40,000 nt of DNA from Aromatoleum sp. (lineage in GTDB: Bacteria > Pseudomonadota > Gammaproteobacteria > Burkholderiales > Rhodocyclaceae). Location of the stretch: positions 2,538-42,537 of the forward strand of contig NZ_DATFAO010000091.1 of assembly GCF_035254505.1 (NCBI RefSeq), given 5' to 3'. Below are positions 1 through 7,777 of this stretch, one piece after another. Under the pieces are notes generated by a model. That model was not told where the DNA came from. It made no database searches and saw only the letters and a program-made list of their open reading frames with translations. A program made the position numbers and the translations under genes. Numbering within the stretch: position 1 is the first letter of the stretch; the number at the start of each line of letters is the position of its first letter.

Positions 1-179
1 GCAAAAACCGTCGCCTCGTCCTGCATCGTATGAACGGTGCGTTCGATATCGCCTGCAAGTTCGTTCTTCACCGACTCGAGCATCTCGCGGAAGTGCGCCA
101 GCTGCTTCTCGCTCATGTAATCCTCGCCCTTGGCGGGAACGTACGGCGGAAACTGTTTGTGGAGTGTATCGTCTGGCAT
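1..179 (-). CDS. dksA: RNA polymerase-binding transcription factor DksA, N-terminal part (runs off the window)
   Basis: My reverse-strand translation from CAT at 177-179 gives MPDDTLHKQFPPYVPAKGEDYMSEKQLAHFREMLESVKNELAGDIERTVHTMQDEATVF. This matches the DksA N-terminal region (compare E. coli ...EEYMNEAQLAHFRRILEAWRNQLRDEVDRTVTHMQDEAANF). It is absent from the ORF track because it is truncated by the window edge. Confidence 0.85.
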   Translation of the reverse strand, partial: MPDDTLHKQFPPYVPAKGEDYMSEKQLAHFREMLESVKNELAGDIERTVHTMQDEATVF

Positions 180-309
180 GACTTCGACTTCCGGTTGGTT
201 AATGAAAGAAGCCGAACTAATATCAGAATCCGACGCGTCGGGCAAGCAACAAGCGTAAGGGCACGCGCTTTGAACGTCTCTTGGTATATACGTTTTTTGT
301 AATCGGTAT

Positions 310-338
310 TTGACGCGTGATTAAGGTGTGTGTATTAT
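310..338 (+). promoter_or_regulatory. Candidate sigma70 promoter of the tRNA operon: -35 TTGACG (310-315), 17-nt spacer, -10 TATTAT (333-338)
   Basis: Near-consensus hexamers with 17-nt spacing. The -10 ends 10 nt before the first tRNA at 349. An A/T-rich stretch (about 282-309, tatatacgttttttgtaatcggtat) lies upstream, like the UP elements of stable-RNA promoters. Confidence 0.5.
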
Positions 339-348
339 TCTCAGCTCT

Positions 349-425
349 CGGGGTGTAGCGCAGTCCGGTAGCGCGCTTGCTTTGGGAGCAAGATGTCGGG
401 GGTTCGAATCCCTCCACCCCGACCA
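349..425 (+). tRNA. tRNA-Pro (anticodon UGG)
   Basis: Acceptor stem CGGGGTG/CACCCCG, D-arm GCGCAGTCCGGTAGCGC, anticodon loop cTTTGGGa, T-arm GGGGGTTCGAATCCCTC, encoded CCA end. Confidence 0.93.
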
Positions 426-453
426 GCTATCCCCGAATATAGCCCAACGGGAT

Positions 454-530
454 CTGCCCGTAGCTCAATTGGATAGAGCACCGGCCTTCTAAGCCGGGGG
501 TTGCAGGTTCGATCCCTGTCGGGCAGGCCA
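454..530 (+). tRNA. tRNA-Arg (anticodon UCU)
   Basis: Acceptor stem CTGCCCG/CGGGCAG, D-arm AGCTCAATTGGATAGAGC, anticodon loop cTTCTAa, T-arm GCAGGTTCGATCCCTGT, discriminator G plus CCA. Confidence 0.93.
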
Positions 531-571
531 AATGGTTTTCGAATGCAGGATTTTCCTGCATTCAAAAGAGT

Positions 572-648
572 GGCGGCATTAGCTCAGTTGGTAGAGCACT
601 GGATTGTGGCTCCAGTTGTCACCGGTTCGATCCCGGTATGTCGCCCCA
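572..648 (+). tRNA. tRNA-His (anticodon GUG), copy 1, with encoded G-1
   Basis: G-1 at 572 pairs with C73. Acceptor stem GCGGCAT/ATGTCGC, anticodon loop aTTGTGGc, T-arm ACCGGTTCGATCCCGGT, CCA end. Confidence 0.93.
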
Positions 649-662
649 AGCTACGCCAAGAG

Positions 663-689
663 CAGGCGCCTTCGGGCGTCTGTTTTGTT
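663..689 (+). terminator. Rho-independent terminator-like hairpin after tRNA-His copy 1
   Basis: 8-bp stem caggcgcc/ggcgtctg with a ttcg loop, followed by ttttgtt. Confidence 0.6.
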
Positions 690-724
690 CTTGTTAGTGG
701 TGCATTGTCCGCATCAACGAAAGT

Positions 725-801
725 GGCGGCATTAGCTCAGTTGGTAGAGCACTGGATTGTGGCTCCAGTTGTCACCGGTTCGATCCCGGTATGTCGCCCC
801 A
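725..801 (+). tRNA. tRNA-His (anticodon GUG), copy 2; integration target of the island
   Basis: 77 nt identical to copy 1 by eye. The downstream flank differs from that of copy 1, consistent with an island-derived flank. Confidence 0.93.
757..801 (+). repeat. attL-like core: 45-bp 3' half of tRNA-His copy 2
   Basis: ttgtggctccagttgtcaccggttcgatcccggtatgtcgcccca is repeated exactly at 24750-24794. Confidence 0.85.
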
Positions 802-814
802 AAAACAAAGAGAT

Positions 815-839
815 ACGGCACCCTTCGGGGTGCCGTTTT
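815..839. terminator. Hairpin plus T-tract between tRNA-His copy 2 and the integrase 3' end; possibly a bidirectional terminator
   Basis: acggcaccc-ttcg-gggtgccgt followed by tttc. On the opposite strand the same hairpin is followed by a T-rich run (atctctttgttttt). Confidence 0.6.
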
Positions 840-875
840 CAATACTGAGCTCGATTTTCAAAACTTCTTGCCGCT

Positions 876-1499
876 TTATTCCAGCGGGTTGGCCTTCTTC
901 ATGCTCCTGCGGTCATAGACTTTTTCGACGATCGATTCGGATGCGTGCCCGGAAAGCGATTTCGCATCTCGCCCAGCGGCTTTCAAGTCGGTCACGGTTT
1001 TCGCCCGATTGTCGTGAAAGTGGAATCGCTCTGAAATTGCGTTTTCGGCGATGGCTTTATCCATCGTTCGACCCCAGGCCGTTTTCCGGCCTTCAAGCGT
1101 CATCGGTGATCCATCGCGGCTTGTTACGAGCTGGGTGCTCGAAATTGGCCGCTTGATTTCCGTCAGCGCTTTTATTGGGAAGGGGGCCAGGCAATGCAGA
1201 TCTGGACCGGCGGTGTGCGTGCTGTCTTGCTCGCGGACGGGGTTGTCCTTGCAGTGGCCCCACATGATTGCGTGGCGCATTACGTCCTGCAGCAGTGAGC
1301 GCTCGCGGTTGGCACGGACCTTCGATGTCTTCGCGCGGGCCTGCACGAAATCCCATACGTCGGCCGCAGTGATGTCAGCTGGCTTCATCGACCCGAAGAC
1401 CTTCGTCAGCGTCGAAGGTTCGAGTTTGTTGCTCGCTTGGGTGGTCTTGGCTTTCTCGGGAACGACTTCCTTCAGGTAGCGGCCTATCACGCCCGACAT
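876..1499 (-). pseudogene. Tyrosine recombinase/phage-type integrase, truncated or degenerate (207 aa)
   Basis: The N-terminal SAM-like core-binding region (YLKEVVPEKAKTTQ..VRANRERSLL) and the C-terminal HxxR...Y segment (FHFHDNRAK...GHASESIVEKVYDRR) are recognisable. The segment that should carry the first catalytic Arg and Lys is missing, as is an arm-binding N-terminus. An in-frame TAG lies 12 codons upstream of the ATG. Confidence 0.7.
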
Positions 1500-1534
1500 C
1501 GTCTCTGCCGGCGCATTCGTGTTTTCGAATTCAG

Positions 1535-1820
1535 CCTATTTCGTCCGAGCAACGGACAGATCGCGCCCGAGATTGATCCATCCGCCCCTTGCGGCATACC
1601 AATACGACCGCCCTTTGAGGGGGCAAGCACCACGGCGCGTAGAGCCAGCCCTCGGCCGCCCACAGGTAGGTGAAGTCCGCGACCCATTTCTGGTTCGGGC
1701 CTGCCGCCCGAAATTCGCGATTCAGGACGTTGTCGGCGATGGCGCTGCGAATTCCCCGGTCCTGCGGCAACCCGCGCCGACGTGGACGGGCCCGCAGCGC
1801 ATGCCCACGCATGCCGTTCG
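1535..1820 (-). pseudogene. IS3-family (IS407-like) transposase orfB internal fragment
   Basis: ALRARPRRRGLPQDRGIRSAIADNVLNREFRAAGPNQKWVADFTYLWAAEGWLY is typical of the IS3 orfB N-terminal region. It has no start, no DDE core and no terminal repeats. It may continue in another frame below about 1635; boundaries are approximate. Confidence 0.55.
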
Positions 1821-2514
1821 ATGCGGCGTAGAGCACAGTGATGACTGCCAGCACGAAGGCGAATGCCGCGACGGACTTGCCGAGAATGATGATCGCCAGC
1901 ACACCCAGCACGTGCCATGGCTGTTCCACCAGAATCGCGGGATCGAACAGCATGCCCACCGACACGAAGAAGAGCACGGAAAACGCATCGCGCAGCGGCA
2001 AGGACTCTTCCGCCGCACGATGGCTGAATTCCGACTCGCGCATGACCATGCCAGCGAAGAAGGCTCCCAGGGCAAACGAGACGCTGAACAATGCAGCCGC
2101 CCCGTAGGCAATGCCAATGGCACTTGCGATGACCGCGAGCGTAAACAACTCGCGCGGGCCGGTGCGCGAAACTTGCCACAGCATCCAGGGCAGCACGCGC
2201 CGGCCGGCGATCAGCATCAGGGCCAGGAAGGCGCCGACTTACAGCAGCGTTTGCCCGATGGTGATCCACAAGGGCTTGGCAGCCGCTGCCTGGACGGTCT
2301 CTGAACCGCCCAGGACGCCGGCCAGCGGCGGCAGCAAGACCAGGACCAGCACCGTGGCGAGGTCTTCAACGACCAGCCAGCCCACGGCGATGCGACCATT
2401 CATGCTTTCCAGCACGCCACGGCTCTCCAGGACCTTGAGCAGCACGACGGTGCTGGCGCACGACAGCGACAAGCCGAAGATCAAGCTGCTGCCCCACCTC
2501 CAGTCCCATCCCCA
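1821..2514 (-). pseudogene. YbaL/KefB-type monovalent cation:proton antiporter, internal fragment with an in-frame stop
   Basis: GLSLSCASTVVLLKVLESRGVLESMNGRIAVGWLVVEDLATVLVLVLLP ... GRRVLPWMLWQVSRTGPRELFTLAVIASAIGIAYGAAALFSVSFALGAFFAGMVMRESEFSHRAAEESLPLRDAFSVLFFVSVGMLFDP. An in-frame TAA lies at 2239-2241, and both termini are missing. Confidence 0.7.
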
Positions 2515-3050
2515 CGCGTCGCGGAAGGCGGCTTGGACGAGCGCCTCGTAGTCGGCCACTGCGACGTCGCGGCGCGCCTCGGCGAGCTCCAGGTTGGCTC
2601 GGTTGCGGCCGCCGTCGAAGAGCGGCAGACGCAGGGCCGGGGTGAAGCTCCAGCTAGCGCTGCCGCCGCGGAAGAGGCCGTCAAGCTCGGCACTGGCGGT
2701 ACCGGCAAAGCCGGTCAGGGTGATGTTGGGGAAGAAAGCGGCGCGGGCGGCACGGACGCTGGCGCGGCTGGCGGCGAGGCGTTGCTCGGCCGCGCGGATG
2801 TCCGGGCGACGGGTCAGGAGTTCGGCCGGCAGGCCGGGCTGCAGTTCGCGTTCCAGACCCTGGTCGGTGAGGGGAGCGGGCGGTGGGTGCTGTCCGGCCG
2901 TATAGCCGGTGAGCTGGGCAAGCAAGGCCTCGTTCTGCGCCGCCTGGCGCCGCAGCGCCGCGAGCTCGACGCGCGTGCCGACGAGGAGGGTTTCCACCTG
3001 GCGCAGCTCCATATCTCTACCAGGTTCCCCGTCAGTCCGTGCGCCGCCAC
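2515..3050 (-). pseudogene. NodT/OprM-family efflux outer-membrane factor, internal fragment
   Basis: ELRQVETLLVGTRVELAALRRQ...LPAELLTRRPDIRAAEQRLAASRASVRAARAAFFPNITLTGFAGTASAELDGLF..SWSFTPALRLPLFDGGRNRANLELAEARRDVAVADYEALVQAAFRD aligns with the second half of OprM-type OMFs. It lacks the lipobox/N-terminus and the last roughly 70 aa. The upstream boundary is uncertain. Confidence 0.7.
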
Positions 3051-3189
3051 CGATGGGATGCGGCTCGAGTCGGACCACGTGTGCGAGCCCAGGTTAAAGG
3101 TGGCGGGGGCGATGACATGGCGCACTGCGCCGATGTGACGCTAGTTCACTTGCGTTGCGCCCCGGGAGGTGCCGGCGGCCGGGGAAGGT

Positions 3190-3735
3190 TCAGCGCGCGC
3201 GGGGGATCTGCGCGAGGTAGTCGTTCTTCAGGCGGACGTAGTGCTCGGCCGAGTAGCGCAGGAAGACGCGCTCCTCCGGAGTGAGCGGGCGGACCGGCAC
3301 GGCCGGCCGGCCGACGTAGAGGTGGCCGCTTTCGAGGCGCTTTCCGGGCGACACCAGGCTGCCGGCGCCGAGGATGACTTCGGGGCCGATCACGGCGTCG
3401 TCCATGACGATCGCGCCCATGCCTATCAGACAGGCGTCGCCGATCGTGCAGCCGTGCAGGATCACCGAATGGCCGATCGTGACGTGGCTGCCGATGACGA
3501 GTGGCGAGCCGTCCGGCTTGGCCGCGTTTCGGTGCGACACGTGGCACATGGTGAGGTCCTGCACGTTGCTGCAGGCGCCGACGATGATGCTGTTGACGTC
3601 GCCGCGCAGTACCGTGTTGCACCAGATCGAGACGTCGCGACCCAGGCGCACGTCGCCGATCACCTGGGCGGAGTCGTGGATGAAGACACCCTCGGCGAGC
3701 GTGGGCGTGATGCCACGAAGGGAATCGATGGACAT
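3190..3735 (-). CDS. Gamma-class carbonic anhydrase-like / hexapeptide-repeat (YrdA/PaaY/CaiE family) protein
   Basis: MSIDSLRGITPTLAEGVFIHDSAQVIGDVRLG... shows left-handed beta-helix hexapeptide periodicity and family His residues (MCHVSH, IGHSVILHGC). Start chosen at ATG 3735 with GAGGAAG 5 nt upstream; the 262-aa ORF-track version is an Arg-rich extension. Confidence 0.85.
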   Translation of the reverse strand: MSIDSLRGITPTLAEGVFIHDSAQVIGDVRLGRDVSIWCNTVLRGDVNSIIVGACSNVQDLTMCHVSHRNAAKPDGSPLVIGSHVTIGHSVILHGCTIGDACLIGMGAIVMDDAVIGPEVILGAGSLVSPGKRLESGHLYVGRPAVPVRPLTPEERVFLRYSAEHYVRLKNDYLAQIPRAR

Positions 3736-3806
3736 GTTCTTCCTCCGATGCGATCTAAATCGTGCCGGGACTCGCCGCTCGGCCGACCGGCGCGCGCAGG
3801 ATCCGC

Positions 3807-4352
3807 TCAGCGCTTGATTGCGGCGAGCGGGTCGTCCGGCTTGTAGGTCGGCGTAACCGGTCTCGGCGAACCCAGCATGACACACATCAGCGCCTCCTCG
3901 TCGCCGACGTTCTGTTCGCCGCGATAGACGCCGGGCGGTACCGAGATCAAGTCGCGCTCGCCGACCACCGCCTCCCACCTCTCCCCCTCGGGCGACTCGC
4001 AGAACACCTTCACCTTGCCGCGCAGCACGAAGAAGATCTCCTCGGTGTCCGTGTGCAGGTGTAGCGGGCCCGTGTGGCCGACCGGGATCTTCATCGTCGA
4101 AAAGGTGAAATGCACGGCCGGTACGACGTTGCCATCGGAATGCACGCCGGTGCCGCCGGTGCCGACGTAGCGCATCTGCGCGCGCGCATAGGTGGGATCG
4201 ACCTCGGTCTGGAACTTCAGCGCGTTCCAGTCGTAGCTGCGCGTCGAGCGCAGCACGCAGCGGGAATTCATCCAGTCCTCGAATGACGCGCCGTTCGGAC
4301 GCTGCAGGGTCCGGCTGGCTTCTTCGGTCAGGTTGGCGATGTGGTCGTTCAT
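3807..4352 (-). CDS. Cupin-domain protein
   Basis: Cupin motif GHTGPLHLHTDTEEIFFVLRG ... PPGVYRGEQNVG. Start at ATG 4352, preceded by GAGGAGGA. Confidence 0.75.
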   Translation of the reverse strand: MNDHIANLTEEASRTLQRPNGASFEDWMNSRCVLRSTRSYDWNALKFQTEVDPTYARAQMRYVGTGGTGVHSDGNVVPAVHFTFSTMKIPVGHTGPLHLHTDTEEIFFVLRGKVKVFCESPEGERWEAVVGERDLISVPPGVYRGEQNVGDEEALMCVMLGSPRPVTPTYKPDDPLAAIKR

Positions 4353-4493
4353 GCTTCCTCCTCGGGTTTGGCTTCGTCTTGCGCTCGTTCTTTTCGACCT
4401 CGCCACGCGCCCGTCGGGGGCGCTCCGGTCTCGGTGTCGAAAAGGAAAAATCGGCGGTGCCGCGAACGTGGTGCGGGCGTCAGTACGCCAGAT

Positions 4494-4777
4494 GTTCCAC
4501 TGGTGAAACAACAGGTTACCTACGGAACAACGCAACCCTAGTTCCGTCGCGCAGGGCGTGGCAATTGCGGAAACTACGAATTGACAAACGCAGGAACTTT
4601 AGTCTTCGAGCTTCGCCCTTGGGTCGAAGGTGATGCGCCCTTCTTGCGGTGGAGTGCCTGCAGCTTATCCGCGCTTGCCCATCAGTACGACGCAAATAAA
4701 TAGTCAATCAGGGATAACCCTAATTGATTGCACTAGTGCGACGCGAGTAGCGTTCGAGTCGTTCCAAGCAAGGAACG
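4494..4777. promoter_or_regulatory. Cluster of palindromes in the 502-bp divergent control region; candidate operator sites
   Basis: GTTCCAC-tg-GTGAAAC (4494-4509); CGGAAC-N12-GTTCCG (4523-4546); CAATcAGGGataaCCCTaATTG (4705-4726); CGTTCC-aagcaa-GGAACG (4760-4777). All were read directly from the sequence. The binding protein is unknown. Confidence 0.3.
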
Positions 4778-4854
4778 TTGTTTCATAGGTAAAACAAACC
4801 GGCAGCAACATGCCGGCACAGACGACAAGAACACGCACACCGCGAGAGGAGAAC

Positions 4855-5718
4855 ATGTTCATCAAGCATAAGTACGCCGCGACCGCCCTGCTCGCAGGGC
4901 TCGGCGCGACGGCGTCGATTCCCGCCCCTGCCGCCACCTGGTCCGACGCGATGGTCGGCTACCGCGTCGGCAACGACTTCCACGACCCCGGCATCGACGA
5001 CGACGTCCGCAAGAACATCGTCCAGTTCAGCTACGTCGGCGGCTACAGCTATGGGCAGAACTACTTCAACCTCGACGTCCTGAACTCCGACAGCGCCGAT
5101 CCGGCCAATGGTAGCCGAAACGGCGCGACCGAGTTCTATGCCGCGTACCGCCACCAGCTGCATCTCGGCAAGCTACGCGACGCGCCGATCGCGTTCGGTC
5201 CGGTGAAGGACGTCGCGATCACCGCGGGCCTCGACCTGCAGACCAAGAACAACACTTTCGCGCCGCGCAAGCGCATGTTCGTCGTGGGCCCGACGCTGAA
5301 GTTCGACGTGCCCGGCTTCCTCGACGTGAGCCTGCTGTACGCGCAGGAATGGAACCACTGCGGCCTGCCGGCGTGCCGCAGCGTGCCCGGCTTCAGTACC
5401 GACATCAAGTTTGATCCCTATCCGCGCCTCGAGGTTGCGTGGGGCATCCCCTTCGAGCTCGCCAGGTTGCCTTTGAAATACCAAGGGTTCCTGGCCTACA
5501 ACGGCAGGAAGGGCAAGGATTATTTCAAGAAGGAAACCGGCAGGGAAATGCTGTTCCGCTCGGCCCTGATGCTCGATGTCGGGCAGCTCGCGTTCGGCAA
5601 GAAGAACACCTTCCTGATGGGCGTGGGCTACGAGTTGTGGCGCAACAAGTTCGGCAACCGCGACATCCCCGGCGTGGACACCGACACCGCAACGCTCAAC
5701 GCGGAGTTCCACTTCTGA
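4855..5718 (+). CDS. Outer-membrane beta-barrel channel (Tsx-like / nucleoside-specific-channel-like family)
   Basis: Signal peptide MFIKHKYAATALLAGLGATASIPAPAA, alternating amphipathic strands, aromatic girdle residues, C-terminal ...LNAEFHF. GAGGAG lies upstream of ATG 4855. Family assignment is by resemblance only. Confidence 0.7.
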   Translation: MFIKHKYAATALLAGLGATASIPAPAATWSDAMVGYRVGNDFHDPGIDDDVRKNIVQFSYVGGYSYGQNYFNLDVLNSDSADPANGSRNGATEFYAAYRHQLHLGKLRDAPIAFGPVKDVAITAGLDLQTKNNTFAPRKRMFVVGPTLKFDVPGFLDVSLLYAQEWNHCGLPACRSVPGFSTDIKFDPYPRLEVAWGIPFELARLPLKYQGFLAYNGRKGKDYFKKETGREMLFRSALMLDVGQLAFGKKNTFLMGVGYELWRNKFGNRDIPGVDTDTATLNAEFHF

Positions 5719-5840
5719 TTCCCGGCTCTCCCCCGTCCGCGCAGCTGCAGCAGCGATGGCGGCCGGGCGAGCCCCTTGTACCGGACCACCGCGCAGCCGA
5801 GCTGCACCCACCGTCTCGTTGCAGTGTTTGAGGAAAAGTC

Positions 5841-6710
5841 GTGATCGAGATCGAATCCCGCAACACCCGCCGCCTGTCCTCCCCGCAGGGGGAGGCCGGC
5901 CGCCCCAGTACCGGCGAGGATCTGGACGTCCAGATCGAGTTCCGCAACGTCAGCAAGCGCTTCCCGACGAAGCGCGAACCGAATCCGCCCTACGCCGTCA
6001 AGGATCTGAACATCCGCATCCGCGCCGGCGAAGTGGTCTCCATCGTCGGCCCCAGCGGTTGCGGCAAGAGCACGCTGCTGAACATGGGCGCCGGGCTCTA
6101 CCTGCCCAGCGAGGGCGAGGTGCATGTCGCGCAGCAGCGCGTGACTCGGCCGGTAAAGCAGATTTCCTTCATGCTGCAGAAGGACCTGCTGATGCCCTGG
6201 CGCACGATCCGCCAGAACGTCGAACTGGGGCTGGAGATCGACGGCGTCGCGCGCGAGCGGCGCCGCGCGGTGGCGCTTGAGCTGATCGCCAAGTGTCACC
6301 TCGTCGGTTTCGAGAACCACTACCCGTACCAGCTCTCGGGCGGCATGCGCCAGCGCGCCGCGCTCGCCCGCACGCTGGCGACCGATCCGCAGGTGCTGCT
6401 GCTCGACGAGCCGTTCTCGGCGCTCGACGCGCAGACCAAGATGGTGCTGCAGCAGGATCTTGCGCAGATGCTGTATGACGCGAAGAAGACCGCGCTCTTC
6501 ATCACCCACGACCTGGTCGAGGCGATCGCGCTGTCCGACCGCCTGCTGGTGATGAGCCACCGGCCGGGCACGATCATCGAGGAGATCACCGTGCCGCTGC
6601 CACATCGCAACAACCCGCTCGAGCGCCGCAAGCTCCCCGAGGTCGGTCCGCTCGTGAGCCGCCTGATGGAGCTGCTGCGGGTCGGCCAGGACGGCCTGGA
6701 AGGACACTGA
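5841..6710 (+). CDS. ABC transporter ATP-binding protein (NitT/TauT family)
   Basis: Walker A GPSGCGKST, Q-loop, signature LSGGMRQR, Walker B LLLDEPFSALD, H-loop. GTG start with GAGGAA upstream. Confidence 0.9.
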   Translation: MIEIESRNTRRLSSPQGEAGRPSTGEDLDVQIEFRNVSKRFPTKREPNPPYAVKDLNIRIRAGEVVSIVGPSGCGKSTLLNMGAGLYLPSEGEVHVAQQRVTRPVKQISFMLQKDLLMPWRTIRQNVELGLEIDGVARERRRAVALELIAKCHLVGFENHYPYQLSGGMRQRAALARTLATDPQVLLLDEPFSALDAQTKMVLQQDLAQMLYDAKKTALFITHDLVEAIALSDRLLVMSHRPGTIIEEITVPLPHRNNPLERRKLPEVGPLVSRLMELLRVGQDGLEGH

Positions 6711-6765
6711 GCGCGCACCGGGCGCGCCGCCTACAAAACATAAAGACACCCCACAGGAGACGAAC

Positions 6766-7758
6766 ATGAGATCCACCCTGCGCAAACTCGCCGGCTCCGC
6801 GCTCGCGGCCGCGAGCCTCACCACGACCCTGCCCGCGGCGGCGGTCGCCAAGGAGAACGTCACTTATCTGCTGCCCGCGCCCCCCACGCTGCCCGCGTTC
6901 GCGCCGTGGATCGTCGCGAAGCAGAACGGCTATTACGACGCCGCGGGCCTCAACGTGACCTTCGTCGCCGCGCGCGGCGGCGTCGACGTCGCCAAGCAGA
7001 TCGGTTCGGGCAACGCGATCGTCGGCGGCGCGATCGGCGACACGCCCATCATCGTGCGTGCCAACGGCGTCCCGGTCCGGGCCGTGGCAGTGCTGGGCGG
7101 CGGTTCGCTGACGATGATCGCGGCGACCAAGGCCTCGGGCGTGAACAACGTCAAGGATCTCGCCGGCAAGACGATGACCGTGATGTCTTACGCCGACACG
7201 ACCTATTACGCGCTGCTCGGCTCGCTGAAGCTCGCCGGTCTCGACAAGCAGAAGGTCGCGGTGCAGGCGTCGGGGCCGGCCGGCGTGTGGCAGATGCTCG
7301 CCGGCGGCCAGGTCGCGGCGATGGCGGGGGTACCGGACTGGGTGGTCAGTGCGCAGGAGGCGGGCGGCGACATCCACCTGCTGCCCGCCGAGCAGCAGTT
7401 CAAGAGCATGGGGCAGGCCATCCTCGCCTCCGATGAGGCGATCCGGAAGCAGCCCGAGCTTTTGCGCAAGCTGGTGCAGGCGACGCTGCACGGCATGAAG
7501 GACATCATGGACGACCCGGCGGCCGCCGCGAAGTCCTTCGCAGCCGCGGTTCCCGCCTACCAAGGCAAGGAGGCGACGCTCGTCGCGGTCTTCCGCCTTT
7601 ATGGCAAGCACGTCTATCCGGGCCAGGAGACGCTCGGGCTGATCGACGCGAAGCGTCTGAAGGAAGTGCAGGACTTCTATCTCGCCGAGGGCATCGTGCA
7701 GCGCGCGACCCCGGTCGAGGACCTCTACACCAACCAGTTCGTGAAAACGGGCCAGTGA
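6766..7758 (+). CDS. ABC transporter periplasmic substrate-binding protein (NMT1/THI5-like, SsuA/TauA-type)
   Basis: Signal peptide ...LPAAAVA/KE and NMT1-like fold signature (APWIVAKQNGYYDAAGLNVTFV...). AGGAGA RBS. Confidence 0.9.
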   Translation: MRSTLRKLAGSALAAASLTTTLPAAAVAKENVTYLLPAPPTLPAFAPWIVAKQNGYYDAAGLNVTFVAARGGVDVAKQIGSGNAIVGGAIGDTPIIVRANGVPVRAVAVLGGGSLTMIAATKASGVNNVKDLAGKTMTVMSYADTTYYALLGSLKLAGLDKQKVAVQASGPAGVWQMLAGGQVAAMAGVPDWVVSAQEAGGDIHLLPAEQQFKSMGQAILASDEAIRKQPELLRKLVQATLHGMKDIMDDPAAAAKSFAAAVPAYQGKEATLVAVFRLYGKHVYPGQETLGLIDAKRLKEVQDFYLAEGIVQRATPVEDLYTNQFVKTGQ

Positions 7759-7777
7759 TTCCGGGAAGCATAGCGCC

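Noticed and set aside
649-724. The idea that the 76-bp spacer between the two tRNA-His copies is a second, emptied integration site, or that the tandem copies were created by the island.
   Set aside because: Both copies are full length. The copy 1 flank is paralogous, not identical, to the displaced flank at 24795 onward. This fits an older tandem tRNA duplication that predates the insertion. There is no partial repeat or cargo in the spacer.
501-848. A 115-aa plus-strand ORF across the tRNA region, and the similar 72-aa ORF at 24752-24970.
   Set aside because: Both simply read through tRNA-His sequences and terminator hairpins, as the repeated peptide VAPVVTGSIPVCRPK shows. They are not coding.
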